DNA of 64,000 nucleotides from Fimbriimonadales bacterium (GTDB lineage Bacteria; Armatimonadota; Fimbriimonadia; Fimbriimonadales; ATM1): positions 32,001-96,000 of the forward strand of contig JBGTLG010000016.1 of assembly GCA_041744215.1 (NCBI GenBank). Direction: 5' to 3'. The notes under the pieces were generated by a model. It made no database searches and was not told the DNA's origin. It worked only from the letters and a program-made list of their open reading frames with translations. The translations under genes were made by a program, and so were the position numbers. Shown in pieces: positions 28,979-38,718 of the stretch (within the stretch, counting starts at the first letter, position 1; every line of letters begins with the position of its first letter).

Positions 28979-30035
28979 AATCCCTGACTTGCTGCGCCGG
29001 GTCGTTGAGCTGAACGGTTCGGACTTACATATCAAGGCGGAATCCAGACCGTATGTCCGGATTCATGGTGAACTCCAGCAACTCGAGGACGAGGAACCGT
29101 TCACAGCGGCAGCTGCACGCGAGGACATCTACAGCGTTATCAGCGAGGCTCAACGAAAGCGATTCGAGAAAGAGCTGGAGTTAGATTTCGCTTACTCGAT
29201 CGCGGACGTTGCTCGTTTTCGCGGAAACATCTACCAGCAGCGCGGCTTGGTCCAAGCGGCTTTTCGCGTGATCCCACTCTACATCCAGACTCTTGAAGAT
29301 CTCGGACTACCCAAGATCGTTCACACCTTTTGCGAACGTCCGCGAGGCCTTGTACTTATGACGGGCCCTGCCGGCAGCGGGAAATCCACAACGCAAGCGG
29401 CTTGCATCGATCACATCAACCGAAAAACTGCGTGTCACATCATTACTGTTGAAGATCCGATTGAGTTCATTCATGACGACGTTTTGGCCGTAATTCGGCA
29501 GCGAGAACTCGACGTGGATACCCTTAGTTTCGCAAACGCCCTGAAGTATGTTCTTCGCCAAGATCCAGACGTGATCCTCATCGGGGAGATGCGAGATCTT
29601 GAAACGATACAGCTTGCGATCACTGCAGCTGAGACGGGACACCTCGTTTTTGGAACGTTGCATACGGTAGACGCAGTGCAAACTGTCGATCGAATCATCG
29701 ATGTGTTTCCGATCCACCAACAGCAGCAGATTCGAATGCAGTTATCTGTAAACCTGGTGGGTGTGATATCGCAAACGCTCGTCCGACGCGCAGACGGAAA
29801 CGGCCGCATCGCCGCCTACGAAATCCTAAACGCCGTTGGCGCTGTTCGCAATCTCATCCGCGAGAACAAGACTTACCAGATCACATCTATCGTCCAGACG
29901 GGCGCGAGGATGGGAATGCAAACATTGGACCAAAGCCTCGCAAATCTTGTTCGTGCGGAACTCGTCACCCATGACGAAGCTGCCGCCAAGGCCAAGGATC
30001 GAGGAGAGTTTGAGCGGCTTGTAGACAGCAAGTAG
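28971..30035 (+). CDS. pilT: PilT-family ATPase (copy 3)
   Basis: GSDLH, GPAGSGKS, LIGEMRD, GTLHT, AVRNLIRE. Confidence 0.93.
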   Translation: MPRIPDLLRRVVELNGSDLHIKAESRPYVRIHGELQQLEDEEPFTAAAAREDIYSVISEAQRKRFEKELELDFAYSIADVARFRGNIYQQRGLVQAAFRVIPLYIQTLEDLGLPKIVHTFCERPRGLVLMTGPAGSGKSTTQAACIDHINRKTACHIITVEDPIEFIHDDVLAVIRQRELDVDTLSFANALKYVLRQDPDVILIGEMRDLETIQLAITAAETGHLVFGTLHTVDAVQTVDRIIDVFPIHQQQQIRMQLSVNLVGVISQTLVRRADGNGRIAAYEILNAVGAVRNLIRENKTYQITSIVQTGARMGMQTLDQSLANLVRAELVTHDEAAAKAKDRGEFERLVDSK

Positions 30036-30037
30036 CG

Positions 30038-31237
30038 TTACTTGAGGTCCCGCAAACTGCGCCCGAACATCAGTGTGATTAACCCTGCGACAAGCACGAC
30101 CGACCCTCCCAGAACAAACGACTTCGGCAATCCTATTCTTTCGCTGATCGCCCCAAACATCAGAGCGCTAATGGGGTTGAGTCCCGCAAGCGACCACATA
30201 TGCACTGCCACCACTCTGCCACGCAACTCTGGCGGAGCGAAGTATTGCAGTGCTGTGTTCGTTCCCACCATTTGACCAATTCCGAAGGCACCAATCATCG
30301 CAAGCACGATGACCGCCTGCGTCTGTGAAGTAGCTAACGACAGCAGAATCAGGCTCGCACCAAGCCCAATCATAGACGCGATAGGGATTCGACCCTTCCA
30401 CTCCTTCTGACCTAACGAAGCCAGCGTCAAGACGCCGACTACAGCACCGATACCAGTCGCTGTGAGCAGCATCGAGTAACCGCTTTGGTTAAGTTTCAGA
30501 TTGTTTGTGGCGAAAGCTGAGATAAACGAGATGTAAAAGATTCCGAAGAGGGCTGTAGTCGCCATCATTATCACGAGCGTTCGCATTGCCGGCTCACGAG
30601 CAACATGATAGATACCTTCAAACAAGGTTTCCCTGAGGCTCGCCGAGCGATCATGCGAACTACTGAGATCCGCTTGAATCGCCAGCACCGCAAGAATGAT
30701 CGCAGCGAAAGAGATCCCGTTGATCAGGTAACACGCCCCGGCTCCGAACCATGTGAGCAAGAATCCTCCAATCGCAGGACCAACAATTCTTGCCAGATTG
30801 AAAGTCGCTGCATTGAGAGGAATTGCGTTTCCAATCTCGTCCTCAGGGACGATGTTGCTTATCATCGCTTGCCGTGTTGGAATCTCGATGACGGCGGCAA
30901 CTCCATTGACTAATGCAAGAGTCGCGATAAGGTTGAAGGTGACTTGCGCCGTAAACACCGCGGCACTAAGCACGAGCGCCGATAACGCGAACACAGAACT
31001 GCACACGACGAGAACAACACGCTTATTGCATCGATCCGCAAACCAACCTCCGAGCGGGCTCAAAAAGAACAGAGGAAGCGACCCGAGAAATGTTACAGTG
31101 CCCAGGGCTTGCTTGTTGTTCGTAAGCTCCCACACCAGCCACTGCTGACCGGTCATCTGAACCCAGGAACCAATGAAGGAGAACATCGCGCCAAACCAGA
31201 ACAGTCGGAAATCCCGGTGGCGGAGGGCACCCAGCAT
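30038..31237 (-). CDS. MFS transporter (MFS_3-like); start may lie slightly upstream
   Basis: ALRHRDFRLFW, GGWFADR, FNLARIVGPAIGG, PPELRGRV; about 12 TM segments. Confidence 0.88.
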   Translation of the reverse strand: MLGALRHRDFRLFWFGAMFSFIGSWVQMTGQQWLVWELTNNKQALGTVTFLGSLPLFFLSPLGGWFADRCNKRVVLVVCSSVFALSALVLSAAVFTAQVTFNLIATLALVNGVAAVIEIPTRQAMISNIVPEDEIGNAIPLNAATFNLARIVGPAIGGFLLTWFGAGACYLINGISFAAIILAVLAIQADLSSSHDRSASLRETLFEGIYHVAREPAMRTLVIMMATTALFGIFYISFISAFATNNLKLNQSGYSMLLTATGIGAVVGVLTLASLGQKEWKGRIPIASMIGLGASLILLSLATSQTQAVIVLAMIGAFGIGQMVGTNTALQYFAPPELRGRVVAVHMWSLAGLNPISALMFGAISERIGLPKSFVLGGSVVLVAGLITLMFGRSLRDLK

Positions 31238-31324
31238 AGTGGGCAGCCGAAGTTCTTTGCGCGGGGGTGAGAGGTCTGCCAAACCCAGCCGAGTATGGCA
31301 CGGAGGCGCGGTATCATTGGGGGC

Positions 31325-31993
31325 ATGACTCGCTTCGGATTGTTTCCTGCCCCGGCACTCACCATCGCCGTTTTGTTTGCTTTCGGTTGTACGCCCCAAG
31401 AAGAGGAAAAGCCAGTGATTCAGGGCGAATTCACCTCGTCGTCTGATACTCGCGACACTGACGGGGTCGAACCACCGAAGCCACCCGCCTCATTCCCGTT
31501 TGATGAAGCAGTCAAAGCTGCTGGTGAGGAGATCGCAAATCTTCCGGTGATCGAGATGGAAATCAAAGGAAAGGGGAAGGTCACGCTCGCGATCGCTGAA
31601 AAACTCGCGCCGAAGACCGCTGGCCAGATAATGCGGCTCACGGAGGAAGGATTTTTCAGCGGGCAGGCGATTCACCGCGTAGAGGACTTTGTTGTTCAGT
31701 GGGGCGATCCCGACTCAAAAGAGTACGAGAAAAACAAGGGCAGGCTTGGCGGCGGAGGCTCCGGGTCCCCCTTACCCTTCGAAGACAACGACATAGCGCA
31801 GTATCGCGGCACGTTAGCGATGGCGCGCTCAGCTTCGGAGCCGAATGGCGACTCCCAGATTTACATTCTCAAGCAGGATGCACGGATGCTCGACCGGCAA
31901 TACGTTGCCTTCGGATTCGTCATCGATGGAATGGACGTTGTCGACAAAGCAGAGATGGGCGACAAAATCGAGATGCGGGTCATCAAGAAGTGA
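31325..31993 (+). CDS. Cyclophilin-type PPIase, lipoprotein
   Basis: Lipobox AFGC; APKT, HRV..FVVQWGDP, GTLAMA, SQIYI, YVAFG; TATCAT-N7-ATG. Confidence 0.88.
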   Translation: MTRFGLFPAPALTIAVLFAFGCTPQEEEKPVIQGEFTSSSDTRDTDGVEPPKPPASFPFDEAVKAAGEEIANLPVIEMEIKGKGKVTLAIAEKLAPKTAGQIMRLTEEGFFSGQAIHRVEDFVVQWGDPDSKEYEKNKGRLGGGGSGSPLPFEDNDIAQYRGTLAMARSASEPNGDSQIYILKQDARMLDRQYVAFGFVIDGMDVVDKAEMGDKIEMRVIKK

Positions 31994-32526
31994 GGCTCAT
32001 CGCAATGTTGCTTGCCGTCTTCGCTGCGGCTGCGGCACCTACTCTCACACCCGAAAAAGAAGGAAAGAAATTGCAAATTGAAGTAAAGATCGCCGACCGG
32101 GGTCGGATACTGTTCGAATTCTATCCAGATAAAGCACCGAAGACCGTTGAGCAAATCGTCGGCCTGGCCAAGGAAGGATTTTATGACGGACAAGTTATCC
32201 ATCGAGTTGAGAATTGGGTCGTCCAGTGGGGTGATCCGAAGACAAAGGACACCGAGAAACGGCAAGACTGGGGTACCGGCGGCAGCGGCAAACCACTGCC
32301 TTTCGAAACCAATGACATTGAAATGACGCGGGGCGTACTTGCCATGGCCTCCACGGGAGAACGCAAAGGCGGAGACTCGCAGATGTTCATCCTGAAGAAG
32401 GATGCGGACTGGCTACAGGGAAAATACTGCGCGTTTGGCCGCGTTGTTGAGGGGATCGAGATCGTTGATGCGATTCAGCAAGGCGATAAGATCGAGTCAA
32501 TGAAGCAAGTCGTCCCCACGGACTAA
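31990..32526 (+). CDS. Cyclophilin-type PPIase, exported
   Basis: APKTV, GFYDG..HRV, VQWGDP, LAMA, SQMFI, YCAFGRV; GTG overlaps previous stop. Confidence 0.88.
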   Translation: MRLIAMLLAVFAAAAAPTLTPEKEGKKLQIEVKIADRGRILFEFYPDKAPKTVEQIVGLAKEGFYDGQVIHRVENWVVQWGDPKTKDTEKRQDWGTGGSGKPLPFETNDIEMTRGVLAMASTGERKGGDSQMFILKKDADWLQGKYCAFGRVVEGIEIVDAIQQGDKIESMKQVVPTD

Positions 32527-33407
32527 GCTCGCGTTGCGACGTCAATAAGGGCGAATGCAAACACGCCCATCGACACATAACCGTTGAGGGTGAAGAACGC
32601 CATGTTGAGACTGCTAAGATCGTCGGGCTTCACCAGAGTCTGCTCGTAGGTGAGGAGCGCAGCAGCGAGTGCGCATCCAATAAAGTAGAGCCATCCTGCG
32701 CCGACTGCCATGCCTGCACCCACCAAGGACAAGACCGCGCACACGTGCAGCAACCGACTGGTTCGTATGGCGATGATCCTGCCGAAACGCGCTGGGATGC
32801 TCTTCAGCCCGAAATCACGGTCAAACACGTCGTCCTGGAGCGAGTAGAGAATATCGAAGCCTGCAGTCCAACACGCGACCGCGAGGATCCAAAGCGATGG
32901 CGACCAATCGAAGCTGCCGGTCACAGCGACCCATGCTCCTGCCGGAGCCAAGCCAAGCGAGAGTCCGAGTACAAAGTGGCAGAGCCAAGTAAACCTCTTA
33001 GTGTAAGAGTAGCCAAGCATAACAATCAATGGAATTGGCGACAGAACAAAAGCCAGGGGATTCAACAGTGCCGCAGCAGTAAGATAGAGTGCGCAGGACA
33101 TTACGAAGAAAGTCAGCGCACTTCTAAGTGCCAGCCGGCCACTCGGCAGGTGCCTGCTTGCAGTTCGTGGGTTTCGCGCATCTATGTCCCTATCAACGAT
33201 CCTATTGAACGCCATCGCCGCGCTGCGTGCGCTCACCATGGCCAGCACGATCAACAAGAACACGCGCAAACCCGGCCATCCACCGGCCGCGTACATCATC
33301 CCAATCAAGGCGAATGGAAGTGCGAAGATCGAATGCTCGACCTTGATCATCTCGAGGTAGTTGCGGGTTGCGGATTCTCTACTTTCCGCCGGCACTTGTG
33401 ATGACAC
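32523..33407 (-). CDS. UbiA-family prenyltransferase (MqnP-like, futalosine menaquinone pathway)
   Basis: EMIKVEHSIFALPF, SAAMAFNRIVDRDID..NPRT, YSYTKRFT, FDILYSLQD; start approximate. Confidence 0.88.
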   Translation of the reverse strand: MSSQVPAESRESATRNYLEMIKVEHSIFALPFALIGMMYAAGGWPGLRVFLLIVLAMVSARSAAMAFNRIVDRDIDARNPRTASRHLPSGRLALRSALTFFVMSCALYLTAAALLNPLAFVLSPIPLIVMLGYSYTKRFTWLCHFVLGLSLGLAPAGAWVAVTGSFDWSPSLWILAVACWTAGFDILYSLQDDVFDRDFGLKSIPARFGRIIAIRTSRLLHVCAVLSLVGAGMAVGAGWLYFIGCALAAALLTYEQTLVKPDDLSSLNMAFFTLNGYVSMGVFAFALIDVATRA

Positions 33408-33513
33408 TTTTCTGGGGTTCCCAATGGTAGCCGACCGGGTGCCCTGAAGTCTGCTGCCGGGCCCAAACCCTGGCATAATCGTGTTGGCTTCGTGACCCTC
33501 TCGACCTAAAGTG

Positions 33514-33669
33514 ATGAACTATCTCGTGCTTTGCGCCTCTGTTCCAACAGACGACGACCTTTCGTGGTTTTGGGTACCCGCTATCGCCGCGATCGCGTTC
33601 TTCGTAGGCGCCTACCTCCTATGGGTTGTGTTTAAGCGGATGATGCGGGAAGACCCTCCCCGAGACTAA
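33514..33669 (+). CDS. Small single-pass membrane protein (51 aa), below the ORF track cutoff
   Basis: MNYLVLCASVPTDDDLSWFWVPAIAAIAFFVGAYLLWVVFKRMMREDPPRD: acidic N-side, TM, basic residues after it. Confidence 0.55.
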   Translation: MNYLVLCASVPTDDDLSWFWVPAIAAIAFFVGAYLLWVVFKRMMREDPPRD

Positions 33670-33684
33670 GGCACAAAATGTAAA

Positions 33685-33709
33685 GGGCCGCCGGTTTTCA
33701 CCGACGGCC
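33685..33709 (-). terminator. Intrinsic terminator downstream of PEP-CTERM gene
   Basis: Minus strand GGCCGTCGGT-GAAA-ACCGGCGGCC followed by CTTTACATTTT. Confidence 0.7.
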
Positions 33710-33739
33710 ACGAGAGCGTTGAGTAGCGAGGTTCCTTTC

Positions 33740-34378
33740 TTACCGCTTTCGCCGACGAGCTGCAAGTGCTGCGAGTCCGAGGCCGATGACTGCGAGAGTC
33801 GCGGGCTCCGGCACAGCGTTCTGCTCGACGATTCCGAGCGCGGCCACACTGTTCGAGGGCAGCGTCTGTCCGCTAATATCAAGGAAGAAGCTTTTCTTCA
33901 CTTTGTACCGAGTAACGGTCTGAGAAAGGTTGATTGTGGTCGTGAATGCAAACGCGCCGTCTTGGCCACCTGCGTATCCTGAGCCCAAGAATTCTCCGGA
34001 TGCACTGCCAAGAGATTTATTCCCTGTGGTCTCAACAACCTCGCTCCAAGCGATTCGGCCCCTGTCCATCACGAAACCTGTGATTACCATCCCGATGTCG
34101 GCTACAGGGAAGCCGTTGGTTGCGTCAACCTCGTACAGAATCGTCACGATTGCCGCCGCGTTCGCACTGCCATCCCCGACAATTGTCGGCACCGCGCCGA
34201 GGTCGAAATCGATCTTGCTGTTCAAAGGTCCACTAACAAACCAAGGAATCGCGGAGCTTGCGCCGGTCGGCGCAAAGGCCACGTTCGCCGTGATGACGTT
34301 GTAGACAAAGTTCGAATGTCCGAGGGAGGCCAGAAGGGTGATACCCGCCAGGACTCCGATTTTGGAAAGGTTCTTCAT
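33740..34378 (-). CDS. PEP-CTERM sorting domain protein
   Basis: Signal peptide; C-terminal VPEPATLAVIGLGLAALAARRRKR; SD-like GAGGAG. Confidence 0.92.
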   Translation of the reverse strand: MKNLSKIGVLAGITLLASLGHSNFVYNVITANVAFAPTGASSAIPWFVSGPLNSKIDFDLGAVPTIVGDGSANAAAIVTILYEVDATNGFPVADIGMVITGFVMDRGRIAWSEVVETTGNKSLGSASGEFLGSGYAGGQDGAFAFTTTINLSQTVTRYKVKKSFFLDISGQTLPSNSVAALGIVEQNAVPEPATLAVIGLGLAALAARRRKR

Positions 34379-34658
34379 AATTGCTCTCCTCGTTCTCCTT
34401 TATGATTTTTACTGAAGCAAAGTTGCCTCAATGATGCCAATAGTACCGGTCTCGGCCTTCCGAGCCCACAGTACTTCCATATTGTTCTTTCAATCGTACC
34501 AGAAGCAGCTTCCCCCTTCCACCCGGGCTTGAGGTAGCTGCTTGCTTACCGTATTATACGGGACCTACAGCCAAATGGATCGCCTAAGCGGCGTAGTTTT
34601 TACTAGTTTCGGGGCTAAATTTTGTCGCCCTGGCGCCATGGGTATCCTTACAAGGTCA

Positions 34659-35318
34659 ATGGATCCAAGAGATATCATCGTGAGGCGGGCGGCCCAAGAA
34701 CTCAAAGACGGCATGTACGTGAACTTAGGCATTGGGATGCCGACCCTCGTCGCCAACCACATTCCGCCTGGGGTCGAGGTGACCCTGCAATCGGAGAATG
34801 GGCTACTCGGAATCGGTCCCTTTCCGACCGAAGATGAGGTAGACGCTGACCTCATAAACGCTGGGAAGCAGACAGTTTCGGCCCTCCCAGGCTCCAGCTT
34901 CTTCAGTAGCGCAGACTCGTTCGCGATGATCAGGGGCGGGCATATTGACCTCAGCATCCTCGGTGGCATGGAGGTGAGCGAAAACGGCGACCTGGCGAAC
35001 TACATGATCCCCGGGAAGATGGTCAAGGGGATGGGCGGGGCGATGGACCTCGTCGCCAGCACAAACCACGTGGTGGTCATCCAAACGCACACGGCAAAGG
35101 ACGGGTCGCCAAAGATCCTGAAGAGCTGCGACCTTCCTCTCACTGGTCGCCGAGTTGTTAACCGAATCATTACCGAAAAAGCGGTTTTCGATGTGAAACC
35201 AGAGGGAGGACTCATCCTGATTGAGCATGCGCCAGGCGTGACCGTGGAGGAGATTCGCAGTTCTACTGGCTGCCCGTTCGAAGTCGCCTCCGACCTCAAA
35301 GAAATGTCCCTCGCCTAA
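34659..35318 (+). CDS. scoB: 3-oxoacid CoA-transferase subunit B
   Basis: [16 protein letters not shown] (catalytic Glu), [17 protein letters not shown]. Confidence 0.92.
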   Translation: MDPRDIIVRRAAQELKDGMYVNLGIGMPTLVANHIPPGVEVTLQSENGLLGIGPFPTEDEVDADLINAGKQTVSALPGSSFFSSADSFAMIRGGHIDLSILGGMEVSENGDLANYMIPGKMVKGMGGAMDLVASTNHVVVIQTHTAKDGSPKILKSCDLPLTGRRVVNRIITEKAVFDVKPEGGLILIEHAPGVTVEEIRSSTGCPFEVASDLKEMSLA

Positions 35319-35324
35319 ACCCGG

Positions 35325-37514
35325 CTACTCACCGCGGGCGAGAGCGCCGACCACATTGGAGTAATCGTCCGTCCACAGCCTGCCTGGCCTATTCTCCATG
35401 AGTTGCATCCAGGCCACGATCCGGCCGAGTGGCGCTAATGCCTCAGGCGTCGCACCCATGACCACCCACGTCGACTGCGTTTTGCCTTCCTCGCGGAGGG
35501 TGTCTGATACGTTTGAATCCTGGAAGACTCGCGCCTGGAGCGAAAGGGCATTTGCAGCCCGTGCGAGAGGATCCCTCAAGTCGAGATACCGGTTCGAAAT
35601 GTGGAAGGCGAGGACGCCGCCCTCCCGCAACTTACTAAGGTACATTCGGATAGCTTCGACCGTGAGCAGGTGAGTCGGTATAGCATCCGAGCTGAAAGCA
35701 TCGAGGACAAGAAGATCATAGCTGGCGTCGGGCTCCTTCGCCAAGGTGAGTCGCGCGTCTCCTACGACCATCCGAACGTCTGCGCGCGAGTCTCGTAGAA
35801 ATGTGAACTTGCCCGAGTCACGCGCTATCTCAATCACGATCGGATCTATCTCAAAGAAGGTAAATCGGTCACCGGGCCTACCGTACGCGGCGAGGGCTCC
35901 AACACCGAGGCCGACAAGGCCCACGTCGCTAAGCTTGCCTCCGGCTTGGAACGACTGAAAGAGGTTCCCCATCGGGCCGGTCGGGTGGTAGTACGTGAGT
36001 GGGATATGTCGCTTCTCTAAAATCAAGCTCTGGCGTCCATGAATGGTGTTTCCGTGCAAAAGCGCTCGAGTCTCAGTGGGCTCGTCGACGATCCGGTGTA
36101 CGCCGAAGAAACTGCGTTGGACCGAGGTCACTCTCCCTGCGATTGAAGTGTTGAGTGTGAGCGAGACGATGAGGATGGCACCGATCGACAGTGCGTAGCG
36201 CGCGGGTTTCTCAAAACTCAGGAACGCCGCGAGGATGGGCACGCCTAACATTACGATGTTTCGAGTGGGGCCCGGCGCAATTCCTACTCTCTCTGACACC
36301 AGATAGGCCACCACCGCGACGCAGGCAACACCAATCGCATAAGCAGCGTCCCTGCCGATGCTTCCTTGCCTACTTGACAAAGAAGCTCGGAAAAGAAGCG
36401 CGGCAATGATTGCGATCGGATATTCTGCGACGTTTGCGAAGAGCGCAGGCGCCAGCAACGCATTGAAGGCGCCGCCTATCACACCTCCAAGCGATAGATA
36501 CAAGTAGAACTCCGTTAGGTTCCCCGCATCCGGTCGGCTTTCAGCGAGCCTTGAATGACAAAACAGTGCTGCAAGAGTAAAGAAAGCAATGTGCGCGAAA
36601 CTCGTCACGAGGATGGGATCACTCACACCCAAGGAAACGAGCAACGCCATCGCGACCGCCGCCAAGCCAGTCGCCCGCCCGAGAGACGCCGACTTGAAGA
36701 GCGGCTTGCTTCGAAACGCGACAACATACGTGAGTAGAAACAGTGCTAGCGGAATCACCCAGAGCAACGGCACCGCAGCGATGTTGGCAGTCAAGAAAGA
36801 CGTTACGCCAAGCAGCAGGCTGGTGGGCACTGCGGCGAGCGCAACCCAGCCGAGTCGTTGCGTCGCTGTAATCTGTTGAGTTGATTGCTCACGTGGCGCA
36901 CTCAATTCCGCCACGTTTCCAGCCCTCCACATCAAGATAGCCGCGAAGCCCATCAGCGCGACTAAGGCGAAGAACCCATAGCGCCAGAGCGTTCGCTGCT
37001 CATCGAGCGCCAACGCCGGTTCGACGACCAGCGGGTAAGCCAGCAAGGCGACGAAGCTCCCAAAGTTGCTCGCGGCATAAAGAAAATAAGGGTCCGCAGC
37101 GTGCTGGTGCCGAGTCGCTGCAAACCACCGCTGCACGAGCGGCGCACCGGCCGAACATGCGAAGAAAGGCGCACCAACGACGACCAGAAGTAACAGCAGG
37201 AGTGCAGCCTGCACTGGCAGGCCAGATTCGGACGGGTCGTAAGACTCTGGCATCTGCACCAGGAAGAGCGCAGCTGCTCCGAGGATGAATAGGTGGAGAA
37301 GCGCCTGCTTCCGCGGGCCTAGCAACCTCGTCGAGAGGTGGGCGTATGCGTATCCCGCCAGCAGAACTGCCTGAAAGAACACCAGGGACGTATTCCAAAC
37401 AGCTGGCGCGCCACCGAAGCTCGGCAAAATCATTTTTGCGATCATCGGCTGAACCATGAAGAGAAGAGCCGAGCCGAGAAGAATCGCGCAGGTGTAGGTG
37501 GCGAGAACGATCAC
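35325..37514 (-). CDS. Fused multi-TM / spermidine synthase-like methyltransferase protein
   Basis: About 13 TM segments, then RSFFGV, HGNTIHG, VGLGVG, FEIDP, GDAR, LDAFSSDAIPTHLLT, WTDDYS. Confidence 0.85.
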   Translation of the reverse strand: MIVLATYTCAILLGSALLFMVQPMIAKMILPSFGGAPAVWNTSLVFFQAVLLAGYAYAHLSTRLLGPRKQALLHLFILGAAALFLVQMPESYDPSESGLPVQAALLLLLLVVVGAPFFACSAGAPLVQRWFAATRHQHAADPYFLYAASNFGSFVALLAYPLVVEPALALDEQRTLWRYGFFALVALMGFAAILMWRAGNVAELSAPREQSTQQITATQRLGWVALAAVPTSLLLGVTSFLTANIAAVPLLWVIPLALFLLTYVVAFRSKPLFKSASLGRATGLAAVAMALLVSLGVSDPILVTSFAHIAFFTLAALFCHSRLAESRPDAGNLTEFYLYLSLGGVIGGAFNALLAPALFANVAEYPIAIIAALLFRASLSSRQGSIGRDAAYAIGVACVAVVAYLVSERVGIAPGPTRNIVMLGVPILAAFLSFEKPARYALSIGAILIVSLTLNTSIAGRVTSVQRSFFGVHRIVDEPTETRALLHGNTIHGRQSLILEKRHIPLTYYHPTGPMGNLFQSFQAGGKLSDVGLVGLGVGALAAYGRPGDRFTFFEIDPIVIEIARDSGKFTFLRDSRADVRMVVGDARLTLAKEPDASYDLLVLDAFSSDAIPTHLLTVEAIRMYLSKLREGGVLAFHISNRYLDLRDPLARAANALSLQARVFQDSNVSDTLREEGKTQSTWVVMGATPEALAPLGRIVAWMQLMENRPGRLWTDDYSNVVGALARGE

Positions 37515-37569
37515 GGGCCAGATAGTGTGGCACGCGTCAAAAGAGCGACGCCCTCACGAGGCGTCAGCG

Positions 37570-38085
37570 CTAAGGCGAGTATTCGATCCGAATCTCCACT
37601 TGGGTGGTATTGCCGAGTCGCATTGCGACAATCGTGTAGTGCTCGTTGAGGCTCTCGCCTTCGAGGGTCGAGGTCGGACCCACGGCTGCTTCGCCGATCA
37701 CCTTGTTGACCCGGGGTCTGTAGAAATCGATGACGTCGTCTGGTCTGTCGGGAGTCTCGAACACAAGGACTCGGACCACGCCTTTCGTTTCGTCTGAGAC
37801 TTTCTTCGCCCCTGGATACGTTGGCAAACCGTGCTTAGGGTCTACGGGCGCGGGGAGTTCGCCGACCGTGGTGGGTGGTTTCTCCTGGTCGCTGCCAACC
37901 CCATGAGGGGCGCCATCAATGCCCTCAGTCACCACCTTCGGCGGCTCGGCCTCGATTTCGATTGTGCGCTCCGGCGGTCCGCTGCATCCTGCAATGGCCA
38001 GCCAAGCGATCAGCCCGCAACCGTTTACTCCGAGGCGAGTCCGCCTCGAAGAATGATCGCTGTGGTCTCTCGCTATCTGGCGCAT
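37570..38085 (-). CDS. Hypothetical lipoprotein
   Basis: Lipobox IAGC; C-terminal domain similar to the neighbouring lipoprotein. Confidence 0.6.
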   Translation of the reverse strand: MRQIARDHSDHSSRRTRLGVNGCGLIAWLAIAGCSGPPERTIEIEAEPPKVVTEGIDGAPHGVGSDQEKPPTTVGELPAPVDPKHGLPTYPGAKKVSDETKGVVRVLVFETPDRPDDVIDFYRPRVNKVIGEAAVGPTSTLEGESLNEHYTIVAMRLGNTTQVEIRIEYSP

Positions 38086-38193
38086 TCTCGCGTTTTCTCC
38101 AGTTCCTGCCGCGAGCGGCTAGGAAGCTTAAAACGCACGCCGAACGCTAAGAGTTTCGCTGCCGGCACAACCGGGACAAGAAAGCTTGAGGCT

Positions 38194-38718
38194 CTACTTC
38201 TTCTTTCGCAGGTTGGTGATCGTAATGGTTGTTGACTTTTCTGCCTTGGTGACCATCACTGTTGTGACTCGACCTCCGCTGTCCCAGTTACCAAAGAAGC
38301 TGTCTCCGGACACAACGGTTCCCGTCGGCTTACCCAGCTTAGATTCGTAGAACGCCTTGACTTTGTCTGGCGAGTCCGATGTCTCTCGAACACTGACTAC
38401 GTTCTCTCCTTCATCCGTTTGCATCGACATGCTTCCAGCCAGCTCTTTTGAATCGGGATAGAACGGCACGCCAAGCTGAGCTTCTGATACCATTCCAACC
38501 CCACCTGCCGCGACCTTGCCATCTGGACCCTGAATCTCGAAGTTGCCGGATTCGTCAAACTTCATCTTCGCGTCGCCATCCGCGGTTTTTACGTCGACAG
38601 ACTTTCCGTCAGCAGCGACGTTGACCTGATTGCCTTTGTCGTCGATGTAAACGGATTTCTTGTCGCAGCCCACCGCAAGCACGATAGCGATTGATAGCAG
38701 CCAAACATAGTTCTTCAT
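38194..38718 (-). CDS. Hypothetical lipoprotein
   Basis: MK + hydrophobic stretch + LAVGC; start overlaps pgk stop. Confidence 0.8.
   Translation of the reverse strand: MKNYVWLLSIAIVLAVGCDKKSVYIDDKGNQVNVAADGKSVDVKTADGDAKMKFDESGNFEIQGPDGKVAAGGVGMVSEAQLGVPFYPDSKELAGSMSMQTDEGENVVSVRETSDSPDKVKAFYESKLGKPTGTVVSGDSFFGNWDSGGRVTTVMVTKAEKSTTITITNLRKKK

Noticed and set aside
34424-34440. Sigma54-like GG-N10-GC upstream of the PEP-CTERM gene
   Set aside because: The -12 element lacks the TTGC consensus, and a TATAAT box further upstream explains transcription.
34659-35318. CoA-transferase subunit B without adjacent subunit A
   Set aside because: Split locations are unremarkable in a genome with dispersed operons; the partner is probably outside the window.
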